Part shown: in pieces, positions 48,925 through 52,301 of the stretch
Position numbering within the stretch: the first letter of the stretch is position 1
How the letters are laid out: each line of letters starts with the position of its first letter
NCBI GenBank assembly: GCA_021809895.1
Contig: JAJZJU010000003.1
Location: 1-52,301, forward strand
DNA length: 52,301 nt
DNA from: a bacterium
Lineage (GTDB): Bacteria > Chloroflexota > Dormibacteria > Aeolococcales > Bog-877
Direction of reading: 5' to 3'
The notes under the pieces: model-generated
Seen by the model: only the letters and a program-made list of their open reading frames with translations
Told to the model about the DNA's origin: nothing
Database searches by the model: none
Made by a program: the position numbers and the translations under genes

Positions 48925-50872
48925 CCGGCCGGTAAATGGTGTCGCGCTCGAGGGGATGGCGGCCAGCTCCTAGGATGGCAAGCTCGATCTCCGCGGGCTC
49001 CAGGTTCTGCCCGTGGCTGGCCCCACTCATGCGCGTGATCGACTCCTCCATGAGAGTGCCACCGAAGTCATTGGCGCCCCAGCTCAACGACTCCGCCACC
49101 CCCTGCGGGCCAAGCTTCACCCAGCTGGTCTGAATGTTGGGGATGTCGGCCCCAAAGTAGAGACGGCAGAAGCCGGTGAACCGCAAAGAGTCCTGAAGGG
49201 TCAGGGGCCTGGCTATCCCGAAGAACTTGCCCAGGGTGTTGTGCTCCACCTGGAAGGGCAGCAGCACGAACTCGGTGAAACCACCCGTCTCACGCTGCAG
49301 GTTGCGGATGACCTCCAGGTGCTGCAGCCGGTGCCACTGCGTCTCCACGTGGCCGTACATGATGGTGGCGGTGGTGCGCAGGCCAACCCGGTGCGCCGTT
49401 CGCATCACGTCCACCCACTCCTGAGTGGTCAACTTCTCCGGACACAGGATCCGACGCACCTCCTCCACCAGGATCTCGGCTGCGGTGCCTGGCATCGTCC
49501 CCAGGCCGGCGTCTTGCAGCTGTCGGATCACGTCCTCCACGGAGCGACCGGAGACCTGCGAGATGTAGCGGATCTCCTCCGGGGAGAGGGCGTGCAGGTG
49601 CAGGCTGGGCCACCTCGCCTTGATCTCCCGGAACAGGGAGTCGTAGAAGTCCAGGTTCAACTCCGGCGTCAGCCCCGACTGCATGCAAATCTCGGTGGCG
49701 CCGCGCGCGACCGCCTCCTCCAACTTGGCGAAGATGGTGTCGTGGTCGTGGAAGTAGGCGCCCTTGACACCCAGGGAACCACGGCGGAATCCGCAGAACT
49801 TACAGCTGCCCACGCAGACGTTGCTGATGTTGACGTTGCGGTTGATGACATAGGTGACGGTGTCGCCCACCAATTCCGAACGCAGCCGATCCGCCGCCCA
49901 GCGCAGATCGGCCGCAGTCTCCTGGTAGACAGGCAGGCGCTCCTGGAGGTGATAGCCCAGAGTCCTCGCCTTGGTGGCCAGGTCCTCCTCCTGGGGCCAG
50001 TCCCAGGCCGGGCTGACTGAGTCACCGTCGGCGGAGATCCCGCCCAGGTCTGTGGCTCCGGCCTCGACCAGCTGCGGCCAGCTTTCGAAGTTGAGATTGG
50101 GCGGGATCTGCACCGCGACCTCGGCGGGCAGGATCTCGCGGGCCAGGCGCACAGCGGCGGTGAACTGCTCCATCGTGGGCGCGGGCTGGCCCGCCATCGG
50201 AGTGGCCGGCTTGGGGATGAAGTTCTGGACGATCACCTCCTGGATGTGGCCGTGGCGCCGGTGGGTCGCCGCGATCAGCTCCAACGCCTTCCGACGATGC
50301 TGCTCCGCCTCCCCGATCCCCACCAGGATCCCGGTCGTGAAAGGGATTCGCAGTTCGCCGGCCCACTCCAGGTGCTGCAGGCGCTCCTGAAAGCGCTTGC
50401 CGCCCCCCATGGCGTGCGCCGGGATGCGATCGGTCGCTGTCTCCAGCATCAGCCCCATGGAGGCATTCCAGGGCCGCAGCGCCAGCAGGCTGGTTCGGGA
50501 CAGCAAGCCCACATTGGTGTGTGGCAAGAGCCCCCGACGCATCGCCCGGCGGCAGATCTCCGCAACCATCGCCACAAACTCCACCTCACCGGTCAGCCCG
50601 AGGTCGGGCAGCAGCCAGGGCCGCTCCCCGGACATGACCAGCACCTCTCGGCAGCCAAGCTGAGCCGCCTGGTCCAGCTGCCGATCCACCTCCTCCCAGC
50701 TGATGAGTCCGCCCTCATCCTGGCGGTACTCGCAGTAGCCGCAGCGGCGGTAGCAGCGGTAGGTGACATCGACCGTGTAGCTGCGACTGAAGGTGAGATA
50801 ACGCTGGTGGTAGTCGGGGTGGTGCCGGGTGGCCACTCCGGCTGGAGGAGGTATGACGGCGTCGTAGGCCAT
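48875..50872 (-). CDS. fbiC: Bifunctional FO (deazaflavin) synthase, CofG-CofH fusion
   Basis: Two radical-SAM motifs (CYRRCGYC, CVGSCKFC); CofG LTFSRS, LLPHTNVG, IPFTTGILVG, HIQEVIVQNF, DLGGIS; CofH VTYVINRNVN, MPGTAAEIL, NIQTSWVKLG, ANDFGGTLMEE. ATG 50872. Confidence 0.92.
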   Translation of the reverse strand: MAYDAVIPPPAGVATRHHPDYHQRYLTFSRSYTVDVTYRCYRRCGYCEYRQDEGGLISWEEVDRQLDQAAQLGCREVLVMSGERPWLLPDLGLTGEVEFVAMVAEICRRAMRRGLLPHTNVGLLSRTSLLALRPWNASMGLMLETATDRIPAHAMGGGKRFQERLQHLEWAGELRIPFTTGILVGIGEAEQHRRKALELIAATHRRHGHIQEVIVQNFIPKPATPMAGQPAPTMEQFTAAVRLAREILPAEVAVQIPPNLNFESWPQLVEAGATDLGGISADGDSVSPAWDWPQEEDLATKARTLGYHLQERLPVYQETAADLRWAADRLRSELVGDTVTYVINRNVNISNVCVGSCKFCGFRRGSLGVKGAYFHDHDTIFAKLEEAVARGATEICMQSGLTPELNLDFYDSLFREIKARWPSLHLHALSPEEIRYISQVSGRSVEDVIRQLQDAGLGTMPGTAAEILVEEVRRILCPEKLTTQEWVDVMRTAHRVGLRTTATIMYGHVETQWHRLQHLEVIRNLQRETGGFTEFVLLPFQVEHNTLGKFFGIARPLTLQDSLRFTGFCRLYFGADIPNIQTSWVKLGPQGVAESLSWGANDFGGTLMEESITRMSGASHGQNLEPAEIELAILGAGRHPLERDTIYRPVRNRPRDLTERSAAIA

Positions 50873-50898
50873 GCCGGAGATTATGACGGGCTGCGCCC

Positions 50899-51618
50899 TC
50901 AGACCGAGGCCGGCATCCCGTGACCGGGATAGATGATCCCGTACTTCTCCACGTAGGCGTCCAGAGCTTGCAGCAGCTGGTGCTGGAAGGCAAGCCGCTC
51001 CACCAGCTGGGATTGAGAGCCCAAGCCCACCCCGCCGATGAGGCGGCGCTGGATCCAGGGTGGGACCAGCTCCACCAAACGGGTTCCCCCACCGGTGAGG
51101 ATCACCGTCTCGGGGCGACTGTCCTCCACGCGGACCGCCACCCGCAGCAGGATTCCGGTCTTGGTCGCCAGCGCCCATGCCCGCTCCCAGTGCCCGGGGT
51201 CGTGCTGCAGCCGGTTCGGGCGCGAGTAGCGGATGGCGGGGTCGTTGATGATGCCGGTGTTGGCGTCGCCCCAGCGGACCAGCCGCTCCAGCACCGGCTC
51301 GTCCAAGTCGGTCGCCACGGCCAGGACCAAGGACGCACAGCGGTCGTCCAGATCCGGCGGCAGCAGGGCATTCCCCTGGCGCGCCGCCATGATCAGGACC
51401 TCGACGATGCTGGCGTGACGAATGCAGTAGGCACGCCCGTCGACCACCTTCAGGTGGTCTCGGCAGGCCACCCAGGCGCAGTCCACCGCTCGCCGGTCGC
51501 GGTACAGACAGCGGTACGCCTCCTGGTTGCCGCAACCTGGGTGATCGCAGCCTCCACCCTCCGCTTCGCCATACCTCACCTCGGGTGCTGCGTCCTGAGC
51601 CGCGGGCTTCTTGGCCAT
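50899..51618 (-). CDS. Hypothetical protein with Cys/His-rich N-terminal (zinc-binding-like) domain
   Basis: CDHPGC...C.Y.DRR...C....C..H......YC..H; fills the gap upstream of cofGH. Confidence 0.65.
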   Translation of the reverse strand: MAKKPAAQDAAPEVRYGEAEGGGCDHPGCGNQEAYRCLYRDRRAVDCAWVACRDHLKVVDGRAYCIRHASIVEVLIMAARQGNALLPPDLDDRCASLVLAVATDLDEPVLERLVRWGDANTGIINDPAIRYSRPNRLQHDPGHWERAWALATKTGILLRVAVRVEDSRPETVILTGGGTRLVELVPPWIQRRLIGGVGLGSQSQLVERLAFQHQLLQALDAYVEKYGIIYPGHGMPASV

Positions 51619-51764
51619 GTTGCGAGAGCCCCCTCTGAATTTTCGGAGAAGAAGCCGACTCTGCCACCTCTGGGCAGCGCTTGACCGGCCTGCAGCGACG
51701 ATAGCAGAGGTGTCGAGGGATCACAACGAGACGGCTCCCGCTCGGCCAAGATGTGACCATTCCG

Positions 51765-52050
51765 TCAGGGGGATGGGCTACCGGAAGACGAGTCCTGGAC
51801 CTCCAGGCGGGCTCGTCGCAGCGCCACTCGGGCACTTTCTGCGCTCCAGTCTGGAGGTGTGGCCGCGGTCACTCCATCACTCATCTCGCCGGCGCACCAG
51901 TCAGCCAGCAGGCGCATGGATCGGGCCTGCGCTCTGACGAACCGCTCCCCCACCGGACCTCCGTGGCCGGGCACCGTAACCGTCGCCCTGAGAGCCAGGA
52001 GTTGGTCAAGCCGGTCCGCCCAGCTGAGTGGGAAGGAGTCCTCGAGCTGG
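51765..52050 (-). pseudogene. 3' part of an MBL-fold hydrolase gene interrupted by mini-element copy 3
   Basis: PQLEDSFPLSWADRLDQLL...VTVPGHG is typical of an MBL C-terminal half; sequence switches to the element end at 52051. Confidence 0.75.
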
Positions 52051-52301
52051 GGTTGGCAGCAGCTGGCGGAGAAGTGTGCGGTAGTGCCCATAAGGGCGGT
52101 TGAGTGAACCGGGAAGAGGTTGGCGCGTGGGGCAGTGGGTCAGGCTATGGACGACTTCTGTTGAGTGCGCCCTCCGACGACTGCTGGCGGGACATTCATG
52201 GTGTGAAGGATCAGGTCGCCCCGGCGTCAAGGCTTCGGCCAGCGCCACCGCTGGTTGAGCCGAAGCCCACAGGTCTGATCTTGGCTGTGGAGGTCAGGCA
52301 C
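52051..52301 (+). mobile_element. Left part of IS607/TnpB-derived mini-element, copy 3 (runs off window end)
   Basis: Matches the reverse complement of about 26900-27161 to the window edge, with substitutions and short indels; begins GGTTGGCAGC after CTGG. Confidence 0.9.

Noticed and set aside
48875-51835. 986-aa ORF as one protein
   Set aside because: The first ~320 aa are low-complexity read-through overlapping the 50899-51618 gene; CofG homology starts after ATG 50872.
51765-52091. Element-supplied ATG rescuing the 3' halves of split genes (also 27012-27245)
   Set aside because: Different ATGs and frames are used in the two cases, the products lack essential N-terminal parts, and open frames are common at this GC content.
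138-52248. Numerous long overlapping or antisense ORFs in the six-frame track
   Set aside because: Arg/Pro/Gly-rich shadow frames of real genes, expected in high-GC DNA; no motifs.

Overview
High-GC bacterial window. Gene content (tmk-darA, sortase-type surface protein, fused CofGH) suggests a Terrabacteria/monoderm lineage such as Dormibacterota or Chloroflexota; this is inference only. Two housekeeping blocks flank an accessory region. The first block (0.1-19.3 kb) has GNAT, Ycf45-like AAA/R3H, tmk, darA, MoxR-DUF58-transglutaminase, ThiO, YcaQ, a CHAD/Ppx/SixA/PhoR/PhoU/PhoB phosphate locus, an ABC-2 exporter and msrA. The second (41.3-52 kb) has an aldo/keto reductase, nrdR, yggS, AI-2E, a molybdo-oxidoreductase, recJ and cofGH. 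The accessory region (about 19.3-41 kb) is rich in surface proteins and IS elements. Two signals stand out. (1) A fully covarying c-di-GMP-II-fold riboswitch with an altered binding pocket (C37/G69/C70, the GCG-type variant) lies at 22717-22790 on the minus strand. It sits in front of a secreted choice-of-anchor-C protein, between two cNMP-binding-domain proteins. (2) A non-autonomous IS607/TnpB-derived mini-element occurs three times in the window (1-125, 26281-27161, 52051-52301). It inserts at GG cores, splits two genes and retains a TnpB C-terminal fragment plus a candidate omega-RNA right end. No rRNA, tRNA or CRISPR array was seen.
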